IMG/VR virus record: IMGVR_UViG_3300037400_006466
Span: 32,001 to 96,000 of that record
Reading direction: 5' to 3' (one strand)
Origin: a virus
Lineage: Duplodnaviria; Heunggongvirae; Uroviricota; Caudoviricetes
Length of the DNA: 64,000 nt
In this document: one piece after another, positions 48,157 through 58,026 of the stretch
Layout: each line of letters starts with the position of its first letter
How positions within the stretch are numbered: position 1 is the stretch's first letter
Position numbers and translations under genes: made by a program
The notes under the pieces: generated by a model
Told to the model about the DNA's origin: nothing
Database searches by the model: none
Seen by the model: only the letters and a program-made list of their open reading frames with translations

Positions 48157-48978
48157 TTATTTGAACCACAGAGAACCTCCCCTGTATTTCTTGATTCTGT
48201 TCTCAGCCCAAGCCAGCTGAGCCTTGGATATCTCACTTCCTATGTAGCTGAGATTGTTCTCAATGCATGAGATTGCAGTTGTTCCTGTTCCCATGAAGGG
48301 GTCATAGACCACTGCCTTCTTAGGAGCATATATCTTGAAGACAGCATTGCAGAGTTCCACAGAGTATGTGGCCTTGTTTATATCACACACCTCACTGTTG
48401 CATGGAGCCTCAATGAAGTTCTTGATTGTGCTGTACATCTTCTGGCCTGTCTTCTCTCTCACTGATGAAATCCTCTTGTTGGCATGATAGGTCTTCATCT
48501 CATCTTTCCTGCAGAACACGAAGACATCCTCGCATATCCTGTCCAGTTTATTGGGGGAGTTGGGATTAGGAGTGGAGGTAGGCTTCTTCCAGATAATTCT
48601 GTCAGCCACAGTGAACGGTGTGTTCCTTATGAGGTCGGCGATACAGAGCCACATGGTATCTGTGTTCCCCACATTTCCTGTGGTGTCTCCGCCGTAACTG
48701 ACGTTCCATACTATGACTCCGTTGGGTTTGAGCTTAGGCTCAAGGGCATTGAAGATGTCAATGCACCACTGGATATACTCCTCTGGTGTCTTCTCATCTG
48801 AGAAGGTGTCTTTGAGATATCTTGTGGAGCTGTCCTCCAGTGAGCCTCCGTCCCTTGATGTGTTGTAAGGAGGACTTGTCATGACCATATCAAGCATATT
48901 GTCATCCATCTGCGGAATCAGCTTCAGGCAATCCTCATTGTATATCTTGTTCAATACCATGTCTTGTAATTCCTCCAC
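48157..48978 (-). CDS. Beta-class DNA methyltransferase
   Basis: MTSPPY...DPFMGTGTT. Confidence 0.92.
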   Translation of the reverse strand: MEELQDMVLNKIYNEDCLKLIPQMDDNMLDMVMTSPPYNTSRDGGSLEDSSTRYLKDTFSDEKTPEEYIQWCIDIFNALEPKLKPNGVIVWNVSYGGDTTGNVGNTDTMWLCIADLIRNTPFTVADRIIWKKPTSTPNPNSPNKLDRICEDVFVFCRKDEMKTYHANKRISSVREKTGQKMYSTIKNFIEAPCNSEVCDINKATYSVELCNAVFKIYAPKKAVVYDPFMGTGTTAISCIENNLSYIGSEISKAQLAWAENRIKKYRGGSLWFK

Positions 48979-49736
48979 AAAGTCTCTATTGAATCCGAAT
49001 GAGCGTTAGGTGATTTGAAGTGTATCTTTTCGAATCCGTTCTCCACCAAAGTATCATATATGGGGTTGTCATATCCGCTTATGAGGAGTTTTCCCTTGAA
49101 GTTCAAGCATTTCTCAATGAACTTCTCATGACCGTCGTCCTCCATCTCACAGATGTATCCTGACTCACTTTTTCTTGTGCTATGGACGTATGGTGGGTCA
49201 CAATAGGCAAATACACTCTTGTCATTGTAATCATCCAGGAGCTCTAAGGCATCCTTGTGTTCAATGAGAACCCTTTTGAGCCTCTCATGATACTCGGGGA
49301 GCATATCAACTTTTGACAGAAAGTCACTGACGCTCTTCACCATACCCCTTCTGGCTTCCTTGCAGACTGAGAATCCTCCGTTTCCGTTGAATGACATCCT
49401 GCTGAGCAAGAAGAAGTAATATGCCCTATCCTCAAGGCTCAAATCAGTTTTAAGGGCCTTTTTGGCCTCATTGTATAAATCCTTTGAATAAAGGGCAAGT
49501 GAGCATCTCTGGTGGAATCTGTTGAACATATCCTCATCCTGTATGACCTTGAATACTGACCATACATTCTCCTCTATGTCATTATAGACTTCCATTCCTT
49601 GGGGTTGCTTCTCAAAGAGCATTGATGCCCCACCACCGAAAGGCTCCACATATGTCTTGTAGTCAAGCGGAAAATATGACAGGAGAGTTCCTGTCATGTT
49701 TGTCTTTGACCCGTAGTAATTCAGAAACGGTTTCAT
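48951..49736 (-). CDS. Dam-like (alpha/D12 class) N6-adenine DNA methyltransferase
   Basis: YYGSK, YVEPFGGG, YND, YCDPPY. Confidence 0.92.
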   Translation of the reverse strand: MKPFLNYYGSKTNMTGTLLSYFPLDYKTYVEPFGGGASMLFEKQPQGMEVYNDIEENVWSVFKVIQDEDMFNRFHQRCSLALYSKDLYNEAKKALKTDLSLEDRAYYFFLLSRMSFNGNGGFSVCKEARRGMVKSVSDFLSKVDMLPEYHERLKRVLIEHKDALELLDDYNDKSVFAYCDPPYVHSTRKSESGYICEMEDDGHEKFIEKCLNFKGKLLISGYDNPIYDTLVENGFEKIHFKSPNAHSDSIETLWRNYKTWY

Positions 49737-49772
49737 ACATATAATATAATCTATTATGGCAGATATTTAGGC

Positions 49773-49800
49773 AAAAAATAAGGGGTCTTTTCAGACCCCT
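49773..49800 (-). terminator. Terminator after metK
   Basis: AGGGGTCT-TTTC-AGACCCCT with an A-tract on the left. Confidence 0.7.
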
Positions 49801-49805
49801 TCAAT

Positions 49806-50609
49806 TCAGTAAAGACCCCATTCACTAAAGGCCTCAAATCCTCCAAGTCCCTTGATGTACTCCTTAGCGAAGTCCACAATCTCCTTGTAGGGTTTTCCGT
49901 CAATGGTGTCATCACCGATTGCACAGGACAGAGTGACAGGCTTGTTGGTCTGCTGAGCCTTGACGAAGGCGTAGATGTTGACTGAGACATCAGCCTTGGA
50001 AAGGTCCTTTCCACAAAGTCCACCACCTGTGACAGACTGAGCCATATCTGAGCCAAGCTTTCTGTTGGTAGCACCACTATCAACATTCAGGCCACCAGTC
50101 CACTCTCCAAGAGGATTGATGATTGCTTCTGGATATCCCAGCTTTGTGCAGAGACTTCTCAATGCTTCATTTGTGGCACAACTCTGACAGACGATGAGCT
50201 TCTTTCCATCAAGAATATACTTTCCGTCTGTGGGGAACTCTGCATAGATTTCCCTTGCAATTCTTGACAGCTCGATTTCCTCATCTGTAAGGGGAACTCC
50301 CTTGAAGATTCCATTGTCTCCGCAACGAACTTCATGAGCCTGGTTGTCAGCAAGATGGACATCCTGTGGAACTACCTTGAGGTTGAGGGTAAGACCCTTA
50401 CCTGCGATTCTGTCCACAATCTTCTGAACCTCTTTGTCTGTGAATGACTCTGTAGTCTCAATGATGATATTTACTTCACCATGTCCGATAAGAACCTCAA
50501 CTGCGATTCTTGCATTCTCATTCTTCTTGTAGGCAAGGTCTACAAGAGCTCCTGCGATTCTGTCTGCTACCTTATCTGGGTGGGATGGATCTACTTTCTC
50601 AATTGCCAT
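49806..50609 (-). CDS. metK: S-adenosylmethionine synthetase (compact phage type)
   Basis: HPDKVAD, RCGDNG, DGK, DSGATNRK, GGGLCGKDLSKAD. Confidence 0.9.
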   Translation of the reverse strand: MAIEKVDPSHPDKVADRIAGALVDLAYKKNENARIAVEVLIGHGEVNIIIETTESFTDKEVQKIVDRIAGKGLTLNLKVVPQDVHLADNQAHEVRCGDNGIFKGVPLTDEEIELSRIAREIYAEFPTDGKYILDGKKLIVCQSCATNEALRSLCTKLGYPEAIINPLGEWTGGLNVDSGATNRKLGSDMAQSVTGGGLCGKDLSKADVSVNIYAFVKAQQTNKPVTLSCAIGDDTIDGKPYKEIVDFAKEYIKGLGGFEAFSEWGLY

Positions 50610-50757
50610 GTTTAGGCACTCCTTAATAGAACAATTATTTCAGTAGTTGCTACACTGATACATATAATATAAAGCGAAATACCCTTATATGTCAATGCTT
50701 TCTCACTAATTAGATAGAGTTTCCATGATGTGGGACAATTTGTTTTAGGAGAATTAA

Positions 50758-51369
50758 ATGCAATCCAAGGAAGATATTAAGCTCAAGGGCCGTAAGGGCA
50801 AGCCTGAGAACGGTGACACCATAATAATGTGGAATTACAGCGATGCCCCTGAGATAAGGCAATGGTCATATAATGGGGGCAAGCTCTCTCCGGTGGCCAG
50901 ATATGTCTATGATGATGCGGATCCCGGTGAAGGTCAGATGGTCTATCTGGACTCTGTTGACAGCCAGCTTGAGGATGAGATGGGGACTCCTGATTTCAAG
51001 GATGCCCTCAAGGAATATCCTTATTGGGATGTTGAAGGCGCAATATATAAGGTTGAGGCCTCCATTGAGGAATATATGAATTATGACTTCAACCAGAAGT
51101 TCGCCAAGGTCAAGTTCTATTCATATTATGCCTCTTACTTCGTCTATAATGATGCCTCAGGAATGACTGATGATGAGATAAAGGACTGCGAGGCCTTTGA
51201 GGATGCCCTTCTCCATTATCTTGACTGTGACGGAATCTCTGTGGTTGATGTCCTTGATGACAGCGACTTCGGTGATGTTGAGATTCCAGTAGGGTATAGG
51301 GTGAAAGGATATATGGGATACACTTTCCTTCCCGGAGATGTCTGCACATATGTGATTCAGAAGAGCTGA
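50758..51369 (+). CDS. Acidic two-module hypothetical late protein
   Basis: ACTAATT upstream, AGGAG RBS; C-terminal 'YASYFVYNDASGMTDDE' module. Confidence 0.7.
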   Translation: MQSKEDIKLKGRKGKPENGDTIIMWNYSDAPEIRQWSYNGGKLSPVARYVYDDADPGEGQMVYLDSVDSQLEDEMGTPDFKDALKEYPYWDVEGAIYKVEASIEEYMNYDFNQKFAKVKFYSYYASYFVYNDASGMTDDEIKDCEAFEDALLHYLDCDGISVVDVLDDSDFGDVEIPVGYRVKGYMGYTFLPGDVCTYVIQKS

Positions 51370-51435
51370 CCCTCTTGTGGGGAGCTCCTTTGATTACTAA
51401 TTACAATATACTTTTGAAAATAAGGACAACGTTAT

Positions 51436-53136
51436 ATGAAGGTCAAATTAAAAGAATCTTTCAAGATAAAGCCTGATGGAACTTTGGATTGGGAGTCCAT
51501 GACTCCTGAGGAAGAGGCTAGATTCAGGAAGGACCTTGCTGAGTGGAGAAAGGATAACATGGCTGAATTCGGCACTGCAAGTGACGACGGCGAGGACATC
51601 TATGACCTCGTGAATGACAATTATCATAACCCTCATGAGAATGATGAGAACTGGGACCTGAATGACCATGGTGAGGAACTTCTGACTGATTTCAGGGAGA
51701 TACCTGATTCAGAGGATTATGAAGAAGCCATATATGAGAGTCTTAACAGAAGAAAGCCTGTGATACTCAAGGAATACACCCACTGGGAGGAGTATGGAGA
51801 CGGATACTCTGACAGATACGGTGATTATGATGATGATTCAGACATCTATGAGGATGACCTTTATGATGATGACGGATATCTGGATGGTCTTGACTTCTAT
51901 GGGGATGAGCCTCTTGAGAATGAGGACTTCTATGACACAGATGACTTTGAAGAGGATGAGCCTGCTGATAAGGAATCTGAGATAGGAGACAGCATCATAT
52001 ATCCTGAGGACGATGATGCTGATGACTTTGAGGAGAGCAGAGTAAGGGAGGGATCTGAGCAGGGCCCTTTTTATGCAGTAGTCAACTACGGTAATATAGG
52101 TGGAACTCCCTATGCTTACGGACCCTACGACTCCAAAGAGGACGCCAAGGAGAAGGCCAGAGTCGTAAGACATTACTTCTCTCCTACAGACAGAACCTAT
52201 TATCATGCATGGTGCAGGGTATATCCCAAGAAGTTCGTTGATACAATGGTATCCAAAGGAATGCTCAAGATACATGAGAGCAAGATGAAGGAAGCCAATA
52301 AGGCCAAATATACCTCAGCTGAGGTACTGATGTACTTCAAGACCAGAGAGGACAGAGACAAGGCCTTCTCCATTCTTCTTGACCATGAGGAAGATGTATA
52401 TAAGTGTGATGCCCATTATACACCTGCTTTCCCAGGTTCTGAGGGTAAAGGCGCCATAGACAGAGCCATAATCATTTACTGTGACCTCTACGGGTCATAT
52501 GACATCGCCAAGAAGGATATCCTGGGTAAGGACAAGGCAGGACAGGATGTGGTGGTTCCTATCAGACATACCCAGTATGTAGAGATGGATGAGGAGGTCA
52601 ATGAGTTCGTGGAGGATATGGCCTCACTTCTGCCAGTGGATGTAGTTGACTTTGAGTACAGAGGTGTTCTTGATGAATCAAAGAAGATGTCTAACAGACT
52701 CAGAGAGGGTGGAGACATTGCCTACATCTTTGATGAGGAAGGGCTCAAGAGCTCAGGAATCTATGATAAGTTGATTGAAGTCTATGGACAGAGGATTGCA
52801 GATATCTTCTTGGATTGGGTAAAGTCACCAGAGTACAAGGATGGAAGATTTGTCATAACCTATGAGTGGGGTCCTGAGAGCGCCACAATATCTGCTTCAG
52901 ATTTGATGGATTTTGATATGGCCCCTTATTGTGCTGAGTTGTTCAGTGAGCTCAGGGGAACTCCTGGAATCAAGTTCAATGACAGTCTTTTCGGAAGTTT
53001 CATGTCCAAATCATACATGGAAAGAGCACTTGTAAAGATTGAGAATACTCCTGAAGATGTGAGATTCATGGACAAGTCTGGTCCCATGAACCACCTCAAT
53101 GGAGATATAAGTATGTTTGAGGATGGTGAGATCTAA
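51436..53136 (+). CDS. Modular polyprotein-like internal head protein
   Basis: Linkers KLKE, YES..ILKE, EESRVRE, HESKMKE, DESKKMSNRLRE. Confidence 0.65.
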   Translation: MKVKLKESFKIKPDGTLDWESMTPEEEARFRKDLAEWRKDNMAEFGTASDDGEDIYDLVNDNYHNPHENDENWDLNDHGEELLTDFREIPDSEDYEEAIYESLNRRKPVILKEYTHWEEYGDGYSDRYGDYDDDSDIYEDDLYDDDGYLDGLDFYGDEPLENEDFYDTDDFEEDEPADKESEIGDSIIYPEDDDADDFEESRVREGSEQGPFYAVVNYGNIGGTPYAYGPYDSKEDAKEKARVVRHYFSPTDRTYYHAWCRVYPKKFVDTMVSKGMLKIHESKMKEANKAKYTSAEVLMYFKTREDRDKAFSILLDHEEDVYKCDAHYTPAFPGSEGKGAIDRAIIIYCDLYGSYDIAKKDILGKDKAGQDVVVPIRHTQYVEMDEEVNEFVEDMASLLPVDVVDFEYRGVLDESKKMSNRLREGGDIAYIFDEEGLKSSGIYDKLIEVYGQRIADIFLDWVKSPEYKDGRFVITYEWGPESATISASDLMDFDMAPYCAELFSELRGTPGIKFNDSLFGSFMSKSYMERALVKIENTPEDVRFMDKSGPMNHLNGDISMFEDGEI

Positions 53137-53157
53137 GAATTAAGGAGATTACATATA

Positions 53158-55809
53158 ATGGGTAAGATTATAAATCCTGTATCATACAGGAAGATGGCTG
53201 AGAAGTTCACCAGACCTGCATATTCTTATAGCAGAATCAAGGAAGGTGTAGGTGCAGGTTATCAGCTGACTTTCATTGACATAAAGCTCACAAATGTCAA
53301 GGTAGGAAAGACAGAGAAAGACGGAGATGGATTCAATGTAGCCAAGTTCACCGCTGATATAGTTCCAGGAAGGTACGGATGGCATGCTGACCATCCTTAT
53401 TGGACTGCCGCTTCCAAGGGTAATCCTGATCCCTATAACTTTGACAGTTCTGATAATCCATTTGTTTCCAAAGCTGTTATCACAGGTGGAAAAGTAGAAG
53501 GTACTTGTGATGATGGTGGTACTGCATGGCGTTCAGAAGGTTCTCCATGGAGTGAGGAGCAGTTCATTAAGGAGATTGAAAGTGAGGAATTCATCATCCA
53601 GGATTCCTATAGTGGTGGATGGGTTCTTTCTTCCATGAAAGATACTCTTGAATGGGAAAACGAAGTCAGGCCTGGTTATGAGAAATATATAGATGACACT
53701 CCTTCAGAGAGGGGTAATCTTGCAGTAATTGAAAAGATATCCTTCAATTTTGACCCTGAATGGGTTATGGACTACAATGAAGCCATTAATTATGCCATGA
53801 ATCCAGATGAGTATAAGGAAGATGAGTGGGATGATGAAGAGGATGAGTGGGATGACGCAGATGATGATGAATCCCCTGCTTTCTATGATGATCCTGATAG
53901 TGGAAGGCAGTGGTATGAGTCCAGGAGACATCCAGACCCTGACAAGTGGAAGAAAGGAGACTGGGTTATCTATAAGGGTAAAAGATATGTGACTTCCTTG
54001 TTTATGGGTGGAGACATGGTAAAACTTGAAAGCCCCGATGAATCAATTGTAGTTCCTCAGTCTGAGGTTTATAAAGCCACTAAAAAGGACATCTATGGTG
54101 AATCCAAGATGAGAGAATATTCCTCATCAAGAAGTATAAAGAACTATAAGCCTCAACATGACTTCAAAAAGACAAAGAAGTATCAGGATGATGAGGGTTT
54201 AGTAGGTGATATCGTCAAGATAGTCGGAGTAGAATGTGGGAACAGCGCTGTTCCTGCCAGCAGAAGAGGTCTTTTAGGTGTCAAATATGATTTTTCAAAG
54301 AGACCTGAGTTCAAAGACTATAAGAAGAAAGGTCTGGAGCAGGAGTTCTCTGATTTCAAGAACGCCTTAGGACATAAGGGAGAGATAGTGAAGACTCTTC
54401 CTGAGAACAGCCATATCAAGAAGTCTTTCATCATAAAGGTTCTTGATGGTCCATCCAAGGATAAGGAGTTTGAGTTCTATCCAGGTGAGTTCTATGTAAT
54501 CAAGGGCAGGCTGGATAACAAGTATAGATTCAGAAACTATGAGGAATCCAAGAAAGAATCCAAGTCAGAGGACATCAAGTATCTGAAGTATCTTCTCAGA
54601 AAAGAAGAAGTTACTGCTCTTGATGATGAGGAGAGATGGGAACTTCAGGACCTTATAAACAAATATGGATATCCTGAGGGATATGATGAGTCCAAGGAGT
54701 TCACTGGTAAGAAGCTCAAGGAAGATGCACTGTCTTCTCAGGTAAGACAGAGTGTCCTTGACGTTCAGGCAGCCAAGAAGCAGGTGAATGAGGATGTCGC
54801 TGTTCTTGACAAGAAAGTTGATAAGGTATCCAATGACCTTGTTAGAATCGCAACAAACAGAAGGGATGTCATATCTGAGGCTAAGACAAGATTCGTTGAG
54901 TTGGATTCCCCTCTTAAGATATTAGGCAACGGAAAGATTGATGAGATTGAGGTCAAGAAGATTCTGAGGAAGTTGGCCGCTGACAGGATATTGAGGGTCA
55001 ATGCTCACTATAATATCAAGGATTCTGAGGGTAAAGTAACCTATTGGGATTTCCTTCACAGCCAGGATGAAGAATATCAGTATGTTTTTGTACAGGAGAT
55101 GACAGGAAATTACTGTTATTCCAATATGCTATATCTGAACAAGAAAAAGGGTAAGATTGATCTTAAGAACACAAAATGGTCATCTTATGAGATTCCTGAG
55201 GACTGCTATGACAGGTACAAGATGACTGAAGCCTCAAGGCTTACACATAAGATTGTACTCAAGCCTGAGAACTCAGGTTACAGACTCACATATCCTGATA
55301 AGCTCAGATTCCATTCAAAGGAAGATGCAGAGAATAAGCTGGCCAAGATGAATGCATCCATGGGTTCAAGACTTGCCTCCAAAGGACTTCATCTGGAGAT
55401 TGAGGAGATTCCTTATACTCCGAGACCTAGGGACACAAGGACACAGGACCCTGATTATGAGAATCCCTTTGAGGTAGGTGATATCCTTGAGGGTGATTTC
55501 GGATATTCCATGATTCTTCCTGTGTGGGTGCAGGTCATATCAAAGACAGCCAAGACAGTCACAGTCAGAAGGCTGGAGGATAAGGTGGTATCCCATGACG
55601 GATATGGTCAGGCAGGAACAAAGCGTCCTATTCCCAATTCCTTTGCAAAGGGATGGGGAGACTCCTATGAGGAGAAGAAATGCATAGTCAAGAAGGGATA
55701 TAACAGAGACAAGAGTGATAATCCCAAGAAGGACTATTTCATACTGTTCGAAGGCAAGATACTCCGCATATGGGATGGAGAGGATAGAGACTTCGATACC
55801 TATGACTGA
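53158..55809 (+). CDS. Modular polyprotein-like internal head protein
   Basis: Linkers RIKE, WYES, GESKMRE, EESKKES, DESK..KKLKE, VISE, KMTE; terminal 'VGDILEGDFGY...VQV' module. Confidence 0.65.
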   Translation: MGKIINPVSYRKMAEKFTRPAYSYSRIKEGVGAGYQLTFIDIKLTNVKVGKTEKDGDGFNVAKFTADIVPGRYGWHADHPYWTAASKGNPDPYNFDSSDNPFVSKAVITGGKVEGTCDDGGTAWRSEGSPWSEEQFIKEIESEEFIIQDSYSGGWVLSSMKDTLEWENEVRPGYEKYIDDTPSERGNLAVIEKISFNFDPEWVMDYNEAINYAMNPDEYKEDEWDDEEDEWDDADDDESPAFYDDPDSGRQWYESRRHPDPDKWKKGDWVIYKGKRYVTSLFMGGDMVKLESPDESIVVPQSEVYKATKKDIYGESKMREYSSSRSIKNYKPQHDFKKTKKYQDDEGLVGDIVKIVGVECGNSAVPASRRGLLGVKYDFSKRPEFKDYKKKGLEQEFSDFKNALGHKGEIVKTLPENSHIKKSFIIKVLDGPSKDKEFEFYPGEFYVIKGRLDNKYRFRNYEESKKESKSEDIKYLKYLLRKEEVTALDDEERWELQDLINKYGYPEGYDESKEFTGKKLKEDALSSQVRQSVLDVQAAKKQVNEDVAVLDKKVDKVSNDLVRIATNRRDVISEAKTRFVELDSPLKILGNGKIDEIEVKKILRKLAADRILRVNAHYNIKDSEGKVTYWDFLHSQDEEYQYVFVQEMTGNYCYSNMLYLNKKKGKIDLKNTKWSSYEIPEDCYDRYKMTEASRLTHKIVLKPENSGYRLTYPDKLRFHSKEDAENKLAKMNASMGSRLASKGLHLEIEEIPYTPRPRDTRTQDPDYENPFEVGDILEGDFGYSMILPVWVQVISKTAKTVTVRRLEDKVVSHDGYGQAGTKRPIPNSFAKGWGDSYEEKKCIVKKGYNRDKSDNPKKDYFILFEGKILRIWDGEDRDFDTYD

Positions 55810-55824
55810 TAGGATATAATTGAT

Positions 55825-55860
55825 AAAAAATAAACCCCTCATATGAGGGGTTATTTATTT
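55825..55860. terminator. Bidirectional terminator
   Basis: AACCCCTCA-TA-TGAGGGGTT flanked by A/T tracts. Confidence 0.8.
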
Positions 55861-55876
55861 GCCTTTTCAGCAATCA

Positions 55877-57199
55877 TCAGATGTAGTGTGCTCCGCAGAC
55901 CGGACAATCTGTGGCCTCAAGGGGACTCAGTGACCCGCAGGTGGGGCAAGTTGCCAGCTGTGACTTAGGACGTGTCCATCCTATGTTGTAGTAGAGATCA
56001 GGTCTCTTGACCTCCTCCTTTCCCTGATAGACTCCCTTCTCAACTGAAGTCACCATTGCCTTGAGTTCATCAGATATCTTATCAGGATAGGGGAGACTCT
56101 CCCAAGGAGCAGCGCTGACAGCGGTTCTTCTTGCAGGAGCCTCTACAGTGGTCTCTACAACGGGTGTCTCAGGTGTGAATGAGGGGATATCAGTATCCTC
56201 GAAGGTTCCTGTCTCCTCTTTGACCTCATCATCTGTCTCCTCACCTCTGTTGTACATTTCATCAAAGAGCTCCTTCTCCTTATCTACAAGGGCCTTGAGC
56301 TCTACGCTGAAGTCTGTTCCAAGGGCTGCGTCGATTCTGCCGATGGTCTTCTTCAGTCTGTTGTAGATCTTGGTGGCTGTTGTGACCCTGAAAAGCTTGT
56401 CAAGGTCATATCTCTCCCAAGACTTTTCCTCATCAGTGAGGTGGTCAGTCATGCTGATGTACTGGGCTGCAGGTCCGTCAACTCTCTCAGGATTCTTGGT
56501 GGCATTGTCAATGATGTATGCCTTCTCCTTGCTTCCTGTTCTGGTGATGGCGATGTCATAGTTCTCCCATGACTTGTAGTACTTGAAGAGCTGAGGGAAC
56601 TCAGACTCAACTGAGTACCATGAGATTCCTTCGTCAGGCCACTCATTTCCATTGGCATCAACATTGACTGACTTGGCGAGAAGCATGGTGTGCTTGTGCT
56701 CTCTGTGCCAATCCATCTGCTCTCTGTCAATGACATTGGCGATAAGGACTTCCTTACCTACCCATCCCTTGTCGAAAAGGGCTCTTTTGTCATCTTTGGT
56801 GAGTCCGTTCTTGTCAATGAGATTGTAGATCTCAGGATACTTGTCCTTGACAGGATAGGTCTTTTCCTTGTTTACCCAAACTGCCTTCTTGACCTTTGAG
56901 ATAATCTTGTTGAGGATGTAATCAGGGTCTTCATCGTAGGAGGGTCTGACTACGCGGAACTTCTTACCCTCATCGTCTACAATCCTTGCGATTGTGACTT
57001 TTCTTGCTGTATAGGCATCAAGGCCTGTACCATAAAGAGGTCCCACGAATCTGAGTACCTTAGGAACATTGGGTTCCAGGCCTGTGTATTTGACCTCTTC
57101 ATAATTCTTTGTGAATCCACCATTGTTCTTCTTGGTGGCCTTGTCCTGCTCCGCCTTCTTGGCGTAAGCCTCAAACATGCTGTCTAGTTCGTTTGCCAT
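55877..57199 (-). CDS. Single-stranded DNA-binding protein (gp32-like) with C-terminal zinc ribbon
   Basis: 'VLRFV', 'IANVIDR', 'YDIAITRTG', 'YDLD' gp32-like pattern; acidic linker; CPTC...CPVC. Confidence 0.65.
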   Translation of the reverse strand: MANELDSMFEAYAKKAEQDKATKKNNGGFTKNYEEVKYTGLEPNVPKVLRFVGPLYGTGLDAYTARKVTIARIVDDEGKKFRVVRPSYDEDPDYILNKIISKVKKAVWVNKEKTYPVKDKYPEIYNLIDKNGLTKDDKRALFDKGWVGKEVLIANVIDREQMDWHREHKHTMLLAKSVNVDANGNEWPDEGISWYSVESEFPQLFKYYKSWENYDIAITRTGSKEKAYIIDNATKNPERVDGPAAQYISMTDHLTDEEKSWERYDLDKLFRVTTATKIYNRLKKTIGRIDAALGTDFSVELKALVDKEKELFDEMYNRGEETDDEVKEETGTFEDTDIPSFTPETPVVETTVEAPARRTAVSAAPWESLPYPDKISDELKAMVTSVEKGVYQGKEEVKRPDLYYNIGWTRPKSQLATCPTCGSLSPLEATDCPVCGAHYI

Positions 57200-57328
57200 G
57201 TTTAATTCTCCTATTGACCTCTTAGGGTCTTGTTTAATCTAGATGTGGTCTTTGCCACTTCACATATAATATAATATGGTCTAATCATAATTAGTTATTA
57301 TTTTCCTTTTTCAACTAATTTTTATGTT

Positions 57329-58006
57329 ATGAATTATGGACAATTGAAAAGAATATATGAAACTAAACCTAATGATTCAAAGAGGTTAAGGGAATGGATG
57401 ACCTTGGCTGACCTGAATGTAGGTGAAGCAACTTCTCCTTTTACAAAACAGAAAAGAGCAATAAGAACTGCTTTATACAAAGGGGAGAATGTAACTTCCA
57501 GAATTGTCCAAGGAACTTATGACAAGAACGATGACTCAATGACCTTTGAGTTCGTCACTCCCGCCACCGTCAAGGCTTATGAGCCTGGGACAAAGTTCCA
57601 GAAAACAGACCCTCATAACAATTTCCAGCTTGTTCCCAACAATGAGAAAAAGTATCATATGTATGTCAAGATACTCAATTTTCTTGAGCTATTGAGAGGA
57701 ACCAGACCAGATTCCCTGGAATCCTCTCCCATAACATGGAAGGAGATAAAGGATGTTCTGGAGACCGCTTACATACAGCTTTTCTGTGATGACCCCAGCT
57801 TCCAATATCAGACGGCCAACTGGTCATTGAGTCAGGTTGATGCATCCATTTATCCCACAAACATACCCCCCAGAAAATGGAACAAGATACATGGGACAGA
57901 CAATTTCCTTTGTAAGCATCTCAAGGGATTACTTGACCAGCTGGGATTCTTCCTTAATCAGATGGCAAGCGTGGCCACCAAGATAGTGAAAACACAAAAC
58001 CTTTAA
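57329..58006 (+). CDS. Hypothetical late protein with SWIM-like zinc motif
   Basis: 'LFCDDPSFQY...FLCKHL'. Confidence 0.6.
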   Translation: MNYGQLKRIYETKPNDSKRLREWMTLADLNVGEATSPFTKQKRAIRTALYKGENVTSRIVQGTYDKNDDSMTFEFVTPATVKAYEPGTKFQKTDPHNNFQLVPNNEKKYHMYVKILNFLELLRGTRPDSLESSPITWKEIKDVLETAYIQLFCDDPSFQYQTANWSLSQVDASIYPTNIPPRKWNKIHGTDNFLCKHLKGLLDQLGFFLNQMASVATKIVKTQNL

Positions 58007-58026
58007 TACAAATACAGGAGAAATAT

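Noticed and set aside
50610-50700. SAM riboswitch upstream of metK
   Set aside because: The leader is only about 50 nt after the promoter motif, with one small hairpin and no recognisable SAM-I/II/III core.
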